This document shows, one piece after another, positions 36,819 through 49,104 of a stretch of 64,000 nucleotides of DNA (position 1 is the stretch's first letter; the number at the start of each line of letters is the position of its first letter). The translations under genes were made by a program, and so were the position numbers. The notes under the pieces are model-generated. The model had not been told where the DNA came from. It saw only the letters and a list, made by a program, of their open reading frames with translations, and did no database searches. The stretch lies in the NCBI RefSeq assembly GCF_963921235.1, contig NC_086097.1:235292001-235356000 (forward strand). Direction: 5' to 3'. This DNA comes from Mobula hypostoma (lineage: Eukaryota).

Positions 36819-36959
36819 TTCTATGGACTCAATCTGGTTTGGAATACTGTTGCTTGCTTCTATTCTTCGCATGATTTGTGTTTTTATTTCCTCTTTTCTG
36901 CACAGTGGGTGTTGGTCATTGTGTTTTTTAAAATTGGGTTCTTTTGGTTTCTTGCCTTG

Positions 36960-37258
36960 GGGTGTTCCTCCCCATTCCGTTTCTTCCATGGTCTTCTACC
37001 CTCTCCTATCAGACTTCCCCTTCTCTATCACTTCATCTCTTTCACCCATCAACCTCCATGCTCTTTACTTCACCCCTCCCCCTCTCAGTTTCACCCATCT
37101 CCTAGCACCTTGTGCTTTGTCCATGCCTCCCCCAACCTTCTTGCTCTAACTTCTCATCTTTTATCCAATCCTGCTGAAGGGTCTTGGTTCAAAACATTGA
37201 TTGTTTACTCTTTTCCATAGATACTGCCTGGCCTGCTGAGTTCCTCCAGCATTTTTGT
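36960..37258 (+). mobile_element. Old PLE-derived terminal repeat with decayed hammerhead
   Basis: Pyrimidine-rich body, then CAATCCTGCTGAAGGGTCTTGGTTCAAAACATTGATTG...GATACTGCCTGGCCTGCTGAGTTCCTCCAGCA. Confidence 0.65.
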
Positions 37259-37594
37259 AGTGTCACTGAGATGAATTGCCCCATTACTGTCACATTGTTA
37301 AAGGTGTATCTCTTCCACTTAAGGGACAGTACATGTAAGGCTGATAGTGCCCTTGGGAGTATGGCCAATAGCAGACATATTAGGAAACCCACACTGACAA
37401 TAAAAGCAAGAGTGACAAAAAAAGGAAAAACTGAGAATTACGAGAACATTTTAAAGGATACATAAATATCAATGTAGCAGTGCCTAATATTGCTAAGATC
37501 CTCTTACATATAATAGAGGCTTCTTCATATTTATTTAATTTAATTTAATCCTGAATGCAATAAAACTAGCTGTTTTGTCAGATTTATATGTCTT

Positions 37595-38890
37595 TGACCA
37601 TAAGACTATAAGACATATGAACAGAATTAGGCCTTTTGGCCCATTGAGTCTGCTCTGCCATTTCATCATGGCCGATCTATTTTTCCTCACAGCCCCAACC
37701 TTTTGCCTTCTCCCCATATCCCTTCATGTCCTGACCAATCAAGAATCCATCAATCCCTGCCTTAAGTATACATACGGACTTGGCCTCCACAGCGGCATGT
37801 TACAACAAATTCCGCAGATTCACCAGTCTCTGGCTAAAAAAATTCCTCCTCACCTCCATTCTAAAAGAACGTCCTTTTATTCTGAGGCTGCGTCCTCTAG
37901 CCTCAGACTCTTTCACCATAGAAAATATCCTCTCTACATCCACTCTATCAAGACCTTTCGCCATTCAATGAGGTCACTCCTCATTCTTCTGAATTCTACA
38001 GAATACAGGCCCAGAACCATCAAACAATCTTCTTATGACAAGCTGTTCAAACCTGGAATCATTTTTGTGAACTTCCTTTGAACCCTCTCCAGTTTCAACA
38101 CGTCGTTACAAAGTTAAGAGCCATCAGTGCTCATCTGTGAGGCCTTACCAATGCTTTGTACGTCTCAACATTATATCAATGCTTTTATATTCTAGTCCTT
38201 GTGAAATTAATGCAAACATTGCACTTGCCTTCCTCACCACAGACTCAAGTTGCAAATTAATCTTTAGAGAATCCTGCGCAAGCACTCCCAAGTCTCTTTG
38301 CACCTGTGTACATACATCTATTGATGCTTCTGGACACATCTTCAGTGATGTTCCTGGAATCATCAGGTGTTTTAGGTCTTTCAACATCATACAACCTCCT
38401 CCAGGTGACCCAGCCGGGGCTGATCAGACCCCAGCTTGTGTCCAGATGGCTAGCTACTTATGACTCCATGGCTCCCCTCTATTGAGCCACAGCCATCTTG
38501 AGGCCCTCTCTGCCGCATCGGTGGTACTGCGGATGGCTCTCCTCTTCCTCTCTCCCTCGATGCCCAAAATGCTGAAGGCTCTAACTAAATAACGGGCTAC
38601 GAATCACCTACAACCAACCTCCACTGGGAGACACCTCGCTCTCCATCCATCAGGTTTTTTATTGTATTTTTTCTCCATTTAGAATATAGTCAACCCTTTC
38701 ATTTCTTCTACCAAAGTGCATGACTGTACACTTCCTGACATTATATTCCGTCTGCCGTTATTTTGTCCATACTCCTAATCAGTCCAGCTCCTTCTGTAGC
38801 CTTTCTACTTCCTCAAAATTACCTGCCCCTTCACCTATCTTTGCAACAAAGCTATCAAATCGTTAACATATAACGTAAAAAGTCTTGCAT
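37595..38890 (-). mobile_element. Degenerate CR1 3' part, interrupted at 38308-38652
   Basis: GACCATAAGACTATAAGAC tail and QRDLGVLAQDSLKINLQLESVVRKA. Confidence 0.8.
38308..38652 (-). mobile_element. HERO-like (restriction-like endonuclease clade) retrotransposon 3' end
   Basis: Minus-strand translation GWRARCLPVEVGCR*FVARYLVRAFSILGIEGERKRRAIRSTTDAAERASRWLWLNRGEPWSH resembles the RLE C-terminus of HERO elements as I recall it. Followed by a short 3' UTR. Confidence 0.7.
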
Positions 38891-38970
38891 ACAGTACATA
38901 CAGGTCAATTCTTTATTCTGCATTCCGTTATCATTTTACCTTATGCTATCTCAATGCACATTAACTCATC

Positions 38971-39291
38971 AGGGGTGATTGATATGTTTGTGTTCTAAGG
39001 TGGAAGGAGATGAGTTAATAACCTCAAACTTTCTGCATAATCACTCAAAGAGTTGATCTGTATGTGCATGTAACGAGAGCTATATAACTCATCGCCTTCT
39101 ACCTTAGGCTACGAACTTATCAATCACCCATGCTGTGGACACTCTCTGGAACTCCAAGATCCGTATGCTCCACGACCGCTGGACTAAGTGCGTAAATGTA
39201 GGAGGGGACTATGCTGAAAAATAAATGTGCTAGGTTTTCTAAAATTGACTCCTTCTACCTTAGGCCACGAACATATCAATCACCCCTCGTA
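38971..39291. mobile_element. Partial second copy of the mariner MITE
   Basis: Three TIR copies, ending ...ATCAATCACCCCTCGTA. Encodes MLHDRWTKCVNVGGDYAEK. Confidence 0.85.
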
Positions 39292-39849
39292 TTTACTGAG
39301 AAGGTTACTGTAATAATTTTGAGGGGCTGCTAGAAAATCGTACTCTGCTCTACCTACACAAAAATCTGATAACTATTTTATGGCAAATTAAAATGAATGG
39401 GAAAGTCATGAGCCAAAGAGGTGTGGGGTAGAGGTACATATCATGTATATATTAATTACATTTGGAAAAGAAGATCAATTCCCACATGCTCTGGAATCAT
39501 ACACCATTAAAAATTGAGACAGAAAATATTGTGAACACTCAGTAGATGAGGAAGGAAAACAGGATGAGTATTTCAGATTAAAAAACATTCACTGGTACTG
39601 GATCAGAATCAGGTTTAATATCTCTGGCACGCTGTATGTCATGAAATACGTTGTTTTGCAGCAGCAATACATTGCAATACATAATAAAAAAAACTGTAAA
39701 TGCAATAAGAAATATATATTCTGTACATAATAAAATTAAATTCATTAATTAGTGCAAAAAGAGAGCAAAAAGAGTGAAGTAGTTATATAGGTTTGTTGTC
39801 CATTCAGAAATCTGATGGCAGAGGGGAAGAAGCTGTTTCTGAAAACTGA

Positions 39850-40170
39850 ACATAGAATAGTACAGCACAGTACAGGCCCTTCGGCCCACAATGTTGTGCC
39901 GACCCTCAAACCCTGCCTGCCATATAAGCCCCCACCTTAAATTCCTCCATTTACCTGTCTAGTAGTCTCTTAAACTTCACTAGTGTATCTGCCTCCACCA
40001 CTGACTCAGGCAGTGCATTCCACACACCAACCACTCTCTGAGTAAAAAACCTTCCTCTAATATCCGCCTTGAACTTCCCACCCCTTACCTTAAAGCCATG
40101 ATTGAGCAGTGGTGCCCTGGGGAAGAGGCGCTGGCTATCCACTCTATCTATTCCTCTTATTATCTTGTAC
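39850..40170 (-). mobile_element. Young CR1 3' end with 8-bp TSD AAAACTGA
   Basis: AAAACTGA at 39842-49 and 40171-78. Nearly identical to 22715-23045. Confidence 0.9.
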
Positions 40171-41321
40171 AAAACTGAGTGTGTGTCTTCAGGTTCCTGA
40201 ACCTCTTCTTGACGATAGCAATGAGAAGAGTGTATGTTCTGCATGATGGGGGTGCTTAATGATGGATGCCGCCTTTTTGACACATCACCTTTTGAAGGTA
40301 TCCTGGATTTTGCTGAGGCTATTCGCCAAGATGGAGCTAACTGAGTCGACAACTATCTGCAGCTTTTTCTGATCCTGTGCAATGGCCACTTCATAACAGA
40401 CAGTGATGCCACCAGTTAGAATGCTCTCTACAGTACCTCTGTAGAAAATTGTGAGTATCTTTGGTAACATACCAAGTCTCCTAAAATTCCAAATAAAATA
40501 TAGTCATTGTTCTTGCTTCTTTATAATTTCATCAATATGCTGGGCCCAGGATAAGTCTTCAAAGATGTTGACACCCAGGAAGCTGAAACTGCTCCCCCTT
40601 TCCTCTGCTGAAACTCTATGATGACTGATGTGTGTTCCCTTGACTTCCCCTTCCTGAAGTCCACAATCAGTTCCTTGATCTTCCTGACATTGAGTGTAAG
40701 GTTGTTGTTGCGACACCATTCAGCCAGCTGATCTATCTGACTCCTCTACATCTTCTTGTCACCATCTGAAATTCTGGTAACAATAGTTGTGTCATCGGTA
40801 AATTTATAGTTGGCGTTTGAGCTGTGCCTAGCCGCACAGTCATGGGTGTCGAGAGAGTAGAGCAGTGGGCTAAGCATGTATCTTTGAGGTGTGCCAGTGT
40901 TGATTGTTAGTGAGGAGGAGGTGTTATTTCCAATCTGCACAGAGAGCACTCTCCAGGTGAGTAGCTTAAGAATCTTGTTGCAGAGGGAGGTAATGAGGTC
41001 TAGGCTTTGGAGCATGTTGATTAATTTTGAGGATGAATGCTGAGTTGTAATCAATAAACAGCAGGTGATCCAAGGCTGGGTAGAGAACCAGTGAGATTGC
41101 ATTCGCTGTAGACCTATAATGAAGATAGGCAAATTGCAGCAGGTCCAGGTCCTTTCTTAGGCAGGAGTTGATTCTGGCCATGACCAACCTCTCAAAGAAC
41201 ATCATCACAGGGTGATAATCACTGAAGCAGCTCACCCTGCTCTTCTTGGGTACTGCTATGATTGTCACCCTTTTAAAGCAGGTGGGAACCTCCGACTGCA
41301 GCAGACAAAGTTTGAAGATAT

Positions 41322-43060
41322 CGAGAGGTTACAAAAGGTTCAGAGAGCTAGGTAATGTTAGAGATCTAGAAGATTATAAGGCTATCAGGAAGGAGCTTAA
41401 GAAGGAAATTAGGAGAGCCAGAAGGGGCCATGAGAGGGCCTTGCGGGCAGGATTAAGGAAAACCTCAAGGCATTCTACAAGTATGTGAAGAGAAGAGGAT
41501 AAGATGTGAAAGAATAGGAACTATCAAGTGTGACAGTGGGAAAGTGTTTATGGAACCGGAGGAAATAGCAGAGGTACTTAATGAATACTTTACTCCAGTA
41601 TTCACTATGGAAAAGGATCTTGGTGATTGTATTGATGACTTTCAGTGGACTGAAAAGCTTGAGCATGTAGATATTAAGAAAGAGTATGTGCTGGAACTTT
41701 TGGAAAGCATCAAGTTGGATAAGTCGCCAGGACCGGATGAGATGTACCCCAGGCTACTGTGGGAGGCGAGGGAGGAGATCGCTGAGCCTCTGGTGATGGT
41801 CTTTGCATCATCAATGGGGATGGGAGAGGTTCCAGAGGATTGGAGGGTTGTGGATGTTGTTCCTGTATTCAAGAAAGGGAGTAGAGATAGCCTCGGAAAT
41901 TATAGACCAGTGAGTTTTACTTCGGTGGTTGGTAAGTTGATCGACAAGATCCTGAGAGGCAGGATTTATGAACATTTGGAGAGGTATAGTATGATTAGGA
42001 ATAGTCAGCATGGCGTTGTCAAGGGCAGACTGTGCCTTATGAGCCTGATTGAATATTTTAAGGCTGTGACTAAACGCATTGATGAAGGAAGAGCAGTAGA
42101 TGTGGTGTTTATGGATTTCAGCAAGGCATTTGATAAGGTACCCCATGCAAGGCTTATTGAGAAAGTAAGGAGGCATGGGATCCAAGGAGACATTGCTTTG
42201 TGGATTCAGAACTGGCCTGCCACAGAAGGCAAAGAATGGTTGTAGACGGGTCATACTCTGCATGCAGGTTGGTGACCAGTGGTGTTCCTCATGGATCTGT
42301 TCTGGGACCCTTACTCCTCGTGATTTTTATAAATGACCTGGATGAGGAAGTGGAGGGATGGGTTAGTAAGTTTACTGATAACTCAAAGGTTAGGGGTGTT
42401 GTGGATAGTTTGGAGGGCTGTCAGAAGTTACAGCAGGACATTGATAGGATGCAAAACTGGGCTGAGAAGTGGCAGATGGAGCCCAACCCAGGTAAGTGTG
42501 AGGTGGTTCATTTTGGTAGGTCAAGTATGATGGCAGAATATAGTATCACTTCTCTACAGGAAGGATGTGGAAGCCATAGAAAGGGTGCAGAGGAGATTTA
42601 CAAGGATGTTGCCTGGATTGGGGAGCATGCCTTATGAGAATAGGTTGAGTGAATTCGGCCTTTTCTCCTTGGAGCGATGGAGGATGAGAGGTGACCTGAT
42701 GGAGGTGTATAAGATGATGAGAGGCATTGATCATGTGGATAGTCAGAGGCTTTATCCCAGGGCTGAAATGGCTGCCACAAGAGCACACAGGTTTAAGGTG
42801 CTTGGGAGTAGGTACAGAGGAGATGTCAGGGGTAAGTTTTTTTACGCAGAGAGTTGTGAGTGTGTAGAATGGGCTGCCAGCAACCCTGGTGCAGGCGGAT
42901 CCGATAGGGTCATTTAAGAGACTTTTGGGTAAGTACATGGAGCTTAGAAAAATAGAGGGCTATGGGTAACCCTAGTAATTTCTAAGGTAGAGACATGTTT
43001 GGCACAACTTTGTGGGCCAAAGGGCCTGAATGGTGCTGTAGGTTTTCTATGTTTCTATGT
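41322..43060 (+). mobile_element. 5'-truncated CR1 with an internal deletion near 42547
   Basis: 233-aa and 145-aa RT ORFs. The sequence jumps from EYSI to YRKDVEA. (TTTCTATG)n tail. Confidence 0.9.
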
Positions 43061-44745
43061 CATTGAACATTCCCACCTGTTGGTTGGCTCTATCGAGTAC
43101 ACCATCAGGAACTGATGCCTTGCAAGGGTTCACCCTCATGAAAGGTGTTCTGACATTTTCCTCTGAGACAGAGATCACAGGGTCTCCAGATGCCACAGGG
43201 ATTTGCATGTGTAGTTTTATTCTCTCTTTCAAAGCTTGCGTAAAAGGCATTGAGTTCATCTGCATATGAAGCATGACAACCATTTGTGACCTGCAAACCC
43301 TGCTAGAGCTGATATGCATCTGATTCCATCTCTAACTTCAATCTGAATTAATCCTTTGCCATTAGAATAGCCTTCATTGGCCATATCTGGACTTTGTGTA
43401 TAGTTCTGGATCACCTCAATCAGCAGATTATGACTCTCCTGGTTCATCCACAGCTTTTGGTTTGTGAATGTCCAGTATACTCTCAAAGGCACATACTCAT
43501 CCACACAGGTCTAAGTGAAATCAGTGACAACTGTAGAGTATTCATTCAGATTTAAAGATGAATCCCTAAATATTGTCCAGTCCGACTCAAAGGAGTTGTG
43601 TGAGCATTTCTCGGCCTTCCTTGACCATTCCTTCATAGTCCTCATCACAGGTGCTGCGGGCTTCAGTCTCTGTACGCAGGATGCAGAAGTACAGCCAGGT
43701 GATGGGACTTCCAAAGTGTGAGCATGGATGGCATGGTAAACTTTTTCTGATGGTTGTATAACAGTGGTCAAGTGTGTTGACTCCTCTGTTCCACAAGTGA
43801 TATGTGGTGGTGGTTGTTCAGAGACTTTTTGAACCTGGTTTGGTTGAAATCCGCTGCAATGGTAGGGAAGGCACTATGGTGTTCTATTTCGTGACTGACG
43901 ATCACAGTGCTCACCTTGTAGGCATCAGTATGTAAACATCAGATCATTATGCTTCCATGGATATATTGTGTAAGTAACATGGTGTGGCCTTTCTCTTATT
44001 CTTTCAATAACACTGTTTCCTTTGTTGTCTCTGATATTATGTACTGATATTGAGGAAGAGACATCATAGATCATTTAAACAATGTCCTAGACTCAAGTTG
44101 TCCTAAACTTTTCCTGAGCTCCTCAAGAGGATTTTCTTTGCCTCCTCCCTGGTCCTGAACACACTCACAGATAATCTTAGCATTATTTAATTGAAATGCT
44201 TGAAGTTTGAAATTGGACTATTCTGAGTTCAATCTACTGAGAAAATAAACATATATCATACTTTACACTCTATAGCCCTGTAAGCATAATGTTGGATGAC
44301 TTTGTATCGTTTGGGACTTGACCTCCTTATCCAGAACCAGTGAATGTATGAATTAGTTTTCATTCACTTGCTCTGGATGGTACATGCCTAGAAGCTCAGG
44401 AGATTTTCATTTAGTCTTCTCAAACAGAAATTTCACATTTAATCTCCTTTAGCCAGAGGGTAAGGCTTATTTAATAGGTCACATCCTGAGTCTCATGCTC
44501 TGCTGAACTATACAGTAGCTGACCTTCAAACTAAATGCTTGCTGGTTTACCACAAACTGACAGATGAACATGTACAAAACACTCTCACCCCCCCCCCACC
44601 CTGTGGAAACAGCGAAAGAAGGGTGGTTAACATGGTGTGATGAGATGGGTGTTTTTTTAATTGAAAAACCGATATTGCAAGAATCAACACACTTGAAATG
44701 ATCACACAAAGGCTTAATTAAAACAGCAAAATAAAAATCTTGAAA

Positions 44746-45650
44746 TACACCTCAGATTTCAACTACTGCACAGAGTCTTGTCATCTTCAGAAGTTTTCTG
44801 TTGACTCTGCCATAGTTGGATGCATCAGCAAGGGATATGAGGCTGAGTACAGGGCTACGGTAGGAAACTTTGCCACATGGTGTGAGCAGAATTATCTGCA
44901 GCTTAATGTGAAAAAGACTAAGGAGCTGGTGGTAGACCTGAGGAGAGCTAAGGTACCGGTGACCCCTGTTTCCATCCAGGGGGTCAGTGTGGACATGGTG
45001 GAGGATTACAAATACCTGGGGATACGAATTGACAATAAACTGGACTGGTCAAAGAACACTGAGGCTGTCTACAAGAAGGGTCAGAGCCGTCTCTATTTCC
45101 TGAGGAGACTGAGGTCCTTTAACATCTGCCGGACGATGCTGAGGATGTTCTACAAGTCTGTGGTGGCCAGTGCTATCGTGTTTGCTGTTATGTGCTGGGT
45201 CAGCAGGCTGAGGGGAGCAGACACCAACAGAATCAACAAACTCATCCGTAAGGCCAGTGATGTTATGGGGAAGGAACTGGACTCTCTCACGGTGGTGTCT
45301 GAAAAGAGGATGCTGTCCAAGTTGCATGCCATCTTGGACAATGTCTCCCATCCACTACATAATGTACTAGTTGGGCACAGAAGGTACATTCAGCCAGAGA
45401 CTCATTCCACCAAGATGCAACACAGAGCATCGTAGGAGGTCATTCCTGCCTGTGGCCATCAAACTTTACAACTCCTCCCTTGGAGGGTCAGACACCCTGA
45501 GGCAATAGGCTGGTCCTGGACTTATTTCCTGGCATAATTTGCATATTACTATTTAACTATTTATGGTTTTATTACTATTTAATTATTTATGGTGCAACTG
45601 TAACGAAAACCAATTTCCCCCGGGATCAATAAAGTATGACTATGACTATA
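44746..45650 (+). mobile_element. Young 5'-truncated Rex1/Babar-like LINE with (TATGAC)n tail
   Basis: 231-aa ORF YTSDFNYCTESCHLQKFSVDSAIVG...QLNVKKTKELVVD...YKYLG...RLYFLRRL. Sister of 30051-30829. Confidence 0.88.
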
Positions 45651-46379
45651 CAAAAGACCACATGGTTCATTAAATTATAGTTGATGCCATCACCATTGAA
45701 CAGTAATATGATTGCTTAAAGGGACTTGGGACTTACATTACACAGCATTATCAGCTACTATCTTTATTCACCAACTAAATGGGAGAGCAATTATCCATTA
45801 GGAGGGTCTGAAAATATCTCTGAAGAATTCAGTTTGCAATAACTCAGTTTATCATTGGTTAGTGTTCAATTGTCCAGGATAGACACCACTTGTACTATTG
45901 AAAGTTAATTTGGAACATGTGTCTGTTAACAGCAGTGTAGAAGCCATTTCAACAGGACAATTGTGAATTAATGTGTTAACACTTAAGAGCCTACAGTATA
46001 GGTAAACATGACATTAAATTTCAAATACATGTATTATGACAAATGCTAATGGGTCTATGATTACTGCTTGGTGTGAGCCAGGAACCTCTTCAGGTATGTT
46101 GTAGGAGAAAGAATAGTGAGGATTAATAACAAGTAAATAGAGATGTAGATTGTGCAAATGTGGTGACAGGAAACTACAGATGAAGCACCAAAGTAGAGAC
46201 ATGGAATGTAGTAGTGAGGACACCAAGTTTCAGGAACTTCATTAGTTATATTATAGCATGCATCTATTATTGTAATAGAAAATAGGATTTATGGTTAGAC
46301 CTGTAGATAATCATTTTATTCTGTAATCAGGACCTAGTTTGTTACTTAATTAAATCTCTCTGCAGCCCCCATTCTAGAA

Positions 46380-46865
46380 GAACATGGAACATAACAGCAA
46401 TGTTGGGTCAACCATTTAACCTTCTCCAAGATCAATCTAAACCTTCGCTCCATTTTTCTATCATCCATGTGCCTATCTAAGCGTTTCTTTAATGCCCCTA
46501 ATGAACCTGCCTCTACCACAACCCCTGGCAGAGCACTCCATACACACACCACATTCTGTGTAAAAAACTGTGCACATTCAGAAGGAGCCATAGCGTAAAG
46601 ATTTTTACTCGTCGCATATATGAAGGATTAAGTAATAAAGTCAATTCAATTTAAGTCAACTTTCATCTGACATTCCCCTATACTTTACTTTAGCCACCTT
46701 AAAATTATGCTCCCTTCTATTAGCCATTTCTGCCCTTGGAAATAATCTCTGGCTGTCCACTTGATCTCTGCCCCTTGTCATCTTATACACCTCCAACAAG
46801 TCACACCTCATCCTCACTTACTCCATTGAGAAAAGCCACAGCTTACTCAATCTATCTTCGTAAGA
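46380..46865 (-). mobile_element. Degenerate CR1 3' fragment
   Basis: FFTQNVVCVWSALPGVVVEAGSLGALKKRLDRHMD. Confidence 0.7.
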
Positions 46866-47182
46866 CAGCCCAGATATTCTGGGGGGCTCCTTTCTCCATG
46901 ACGCTAAGGCAGTGAGACAGCCCCCAGCTGCTGTGCCTCATGTCTGCGAACAAGACGGTGGCGTGCCCTGCCAATATGATGAATTAAATACCGAGGCTAT
47001 GAGCCTACCGCGAGCTGCTCCAGGGATTTAATCTCAGGACTCAAGATGGTTTGGAATGCTTTTGTAGTTGCTCGCTTCTATTATTTGCATGATTTGTTTT
47101 TTTTTCTCTTCTTTCTCTGTGGGCACTGTTTTTTTTTCTAAATTGGTTTCTTTCAAGTTCCTTGCTTTGTGAGTGCCTACAA

Positions 47183-48415
47183 AGGATGTAACAAAGCACA
47201 TTGATGAAGGTAGAGCACATTGATGGATGTAGTGTTTATGGGTTTCAGTAAGGCATTTGATAAGGTTCCCCATACCAAGCTCTTTCAGAAAGTAAGGAGG
47301 CACAGGATCCAAGGAGACTTGCTTTGTGAATCCAGAATTGGCTTGCCCACAGAAGGCAAAGGGTAATTGTGGATGGTTCATATTCTGCATGGAGGTCGGT
47401 GACCACTGGTGTTCTGCAGGGATCAGTTCTGGGGCCCGTCCTCTTTGTAATTTTTATAAATGACCTGGATGAAGAAGTAGAAGGTGGGTTAGAAAGTTTG
47501 CTGATGACACAAAGGTCGGGGGTGTTGTGGATAGTCTGGAGGGTTGTCAGAGGTTACAGCAGGACATCGATAGGATGCAGAACTGGGCTGAGAAGTGGCA
47601 GATGGACTTCAACTGAGATAAGTGTGAAGTGGTACATTTTGGTAGGTCAAATCTGAAGACAGAATATAATATAAATAGCAAAACTCTTGGAAGTGTGGAG
47701 GATCTGCGAGACCTTGGGGACAATGACCATAGGACATCCAAAGCTGCTGCGCAGGTTGACAGTGCTGTTAACAAGGAGTGTGGTGTGTTGGCATTCATCA
47801 ACCATGGGATTGAGTTCAAAAGCTGTGAGGTAATGTTACAGCTATATAAGACCTTGGTCAGAACCCACTTGGAGTACTGTGTTCAGTTCCAGTCAACTCT
47901 CTACAGGAAGGATGTGGACTCTATAAAGAGAGTGCAGCAGAGATTTACAAGGATGTTGTCTGGATTGGAGGGCATGCCTTATAAGAATAGGTTGAGTGAA
48001 CTTGGTCTTTTGTCCTTGGACCGATGGAGGATGAGATGTGAGCTGATAGAGGTGTATAAGATGATGAGGGGCATTGATCGTGTGGATAACCAGAGGCTTC
48101 TTCCCAGGGCTGAAATGGCTAACACGAGGGGGCATAGTTTTAAGGTGCTTGGAAATAAGTATCGAGGGGATGTCGGGGTAAGTTTTTCACACAGAGAGTG
48201 CTGGGTGTGTGGAATGCACTGCCGGTGGCAGTGGTGGAAGTGGATACAATTGGGTCTTTTAAGAGCCTCTTAGGTAGGTACATGGGGCTTAGAAAAATAA
48301 AGGGTTATGCACTAGGGAAATTCTAGGCAGTTTCTAGAGTAAGTTACATGGTCAGCACAACATTGTGGGCCAAAGGGCCTGTATTGTGCTGTAGGTTTCT
48401 ATGTTTTATGTTCTA
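47183..48415 (+). mobile_element. 5'-truncated CR1
   Basis: [10 protein letters not shown], 214-aa ORF 47629-48273, and TTTCTATGTTTTATGTTCT tail. Confidence 0.88.
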
Positions 48416-49050
48416 AATCCTTCCTCGCACTCAAAAAAATTTTCTACTTTAGTCTGTTTTTTAACTTTAGCTGAATAAGAAATAATCTGACCACGTAAAA
48501 ATGCTTTAAATGTATCCCATATAATTAATTTAGACATACCCCCTATATCATTAAAAAGAAAAAAATATTTTATCTGAGTTTCAATGAAACTGACAAAGTT
48601 AGAGTTTTGCAATAATGTCTGAGACATGCGCCATGGTGGGTGGGCAAGAATGACATCATCAAATTCAAAAGACAAACTCAGAGGTGCATGATCAGATATA
48701 GCAATAGCATCATATTCACAATTTTTAACACTAGGCAAGAAGCGGGGATCGATTATAATATAATATAACCGATCCTCGAATATTTTTTATAAACATGTGA
48801 GAAGAAAGAATACTCTAGATTATCGGGATAGAGATACCTCCACAAATCAATCAACCCAAAATCAATCAAAAAGGAATTAATAAATGACGCCGAACGATTT
48901 GGAAGTCGCTGATTGTTTGAGCTCTTATCAATCATAGGATTTAAGCAGCAGTTAAAATCCCCGCCGATTATCAGCATATATTCATTTAAATTAGGCAGTA
49001 AAGCAAATACCTTTTTAAAAAAAGAAGGATGATCTAAGATGTATAATTTC
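48416..49050 (-). mobile_element. L1-clade endonuclease fragment (AT-rich family)
   Basis: LIIGGDFNCCLNPMIDKS, DLWRYLYP..EYSFFSHVY..YSRI, AISDHAPL, WDTFKAFLRGQIISYS. Confidence 0.85.
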
Positions 49051-49104
49051 TCATAAATTCTGATGCATAGAACATAAAATATTACAACACAGGAACAGGC
49101 CCTC

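Larger units (their letters stand above)
39600..43925 (-). mobile_element. Long degenerate Rex1/Babar-like LINE (APE + RT) split by two CR1s
   Basis: RGVNTLDHCYTTI, NQKLWMN, YADELNAFYASFE, DLLQFAY, LTINTGTPQ..LSPLLYSL.THDC, KFTDDTTIV, ILTIFYRGTVESIL. CTGATT tail at ~39600. Confidence 0.82.

Noticed and set aside
39951..40352. 133-aa minus-strand ORF
   Set aside because: Chimera of Rex sequence and an inserted CR1 tail.
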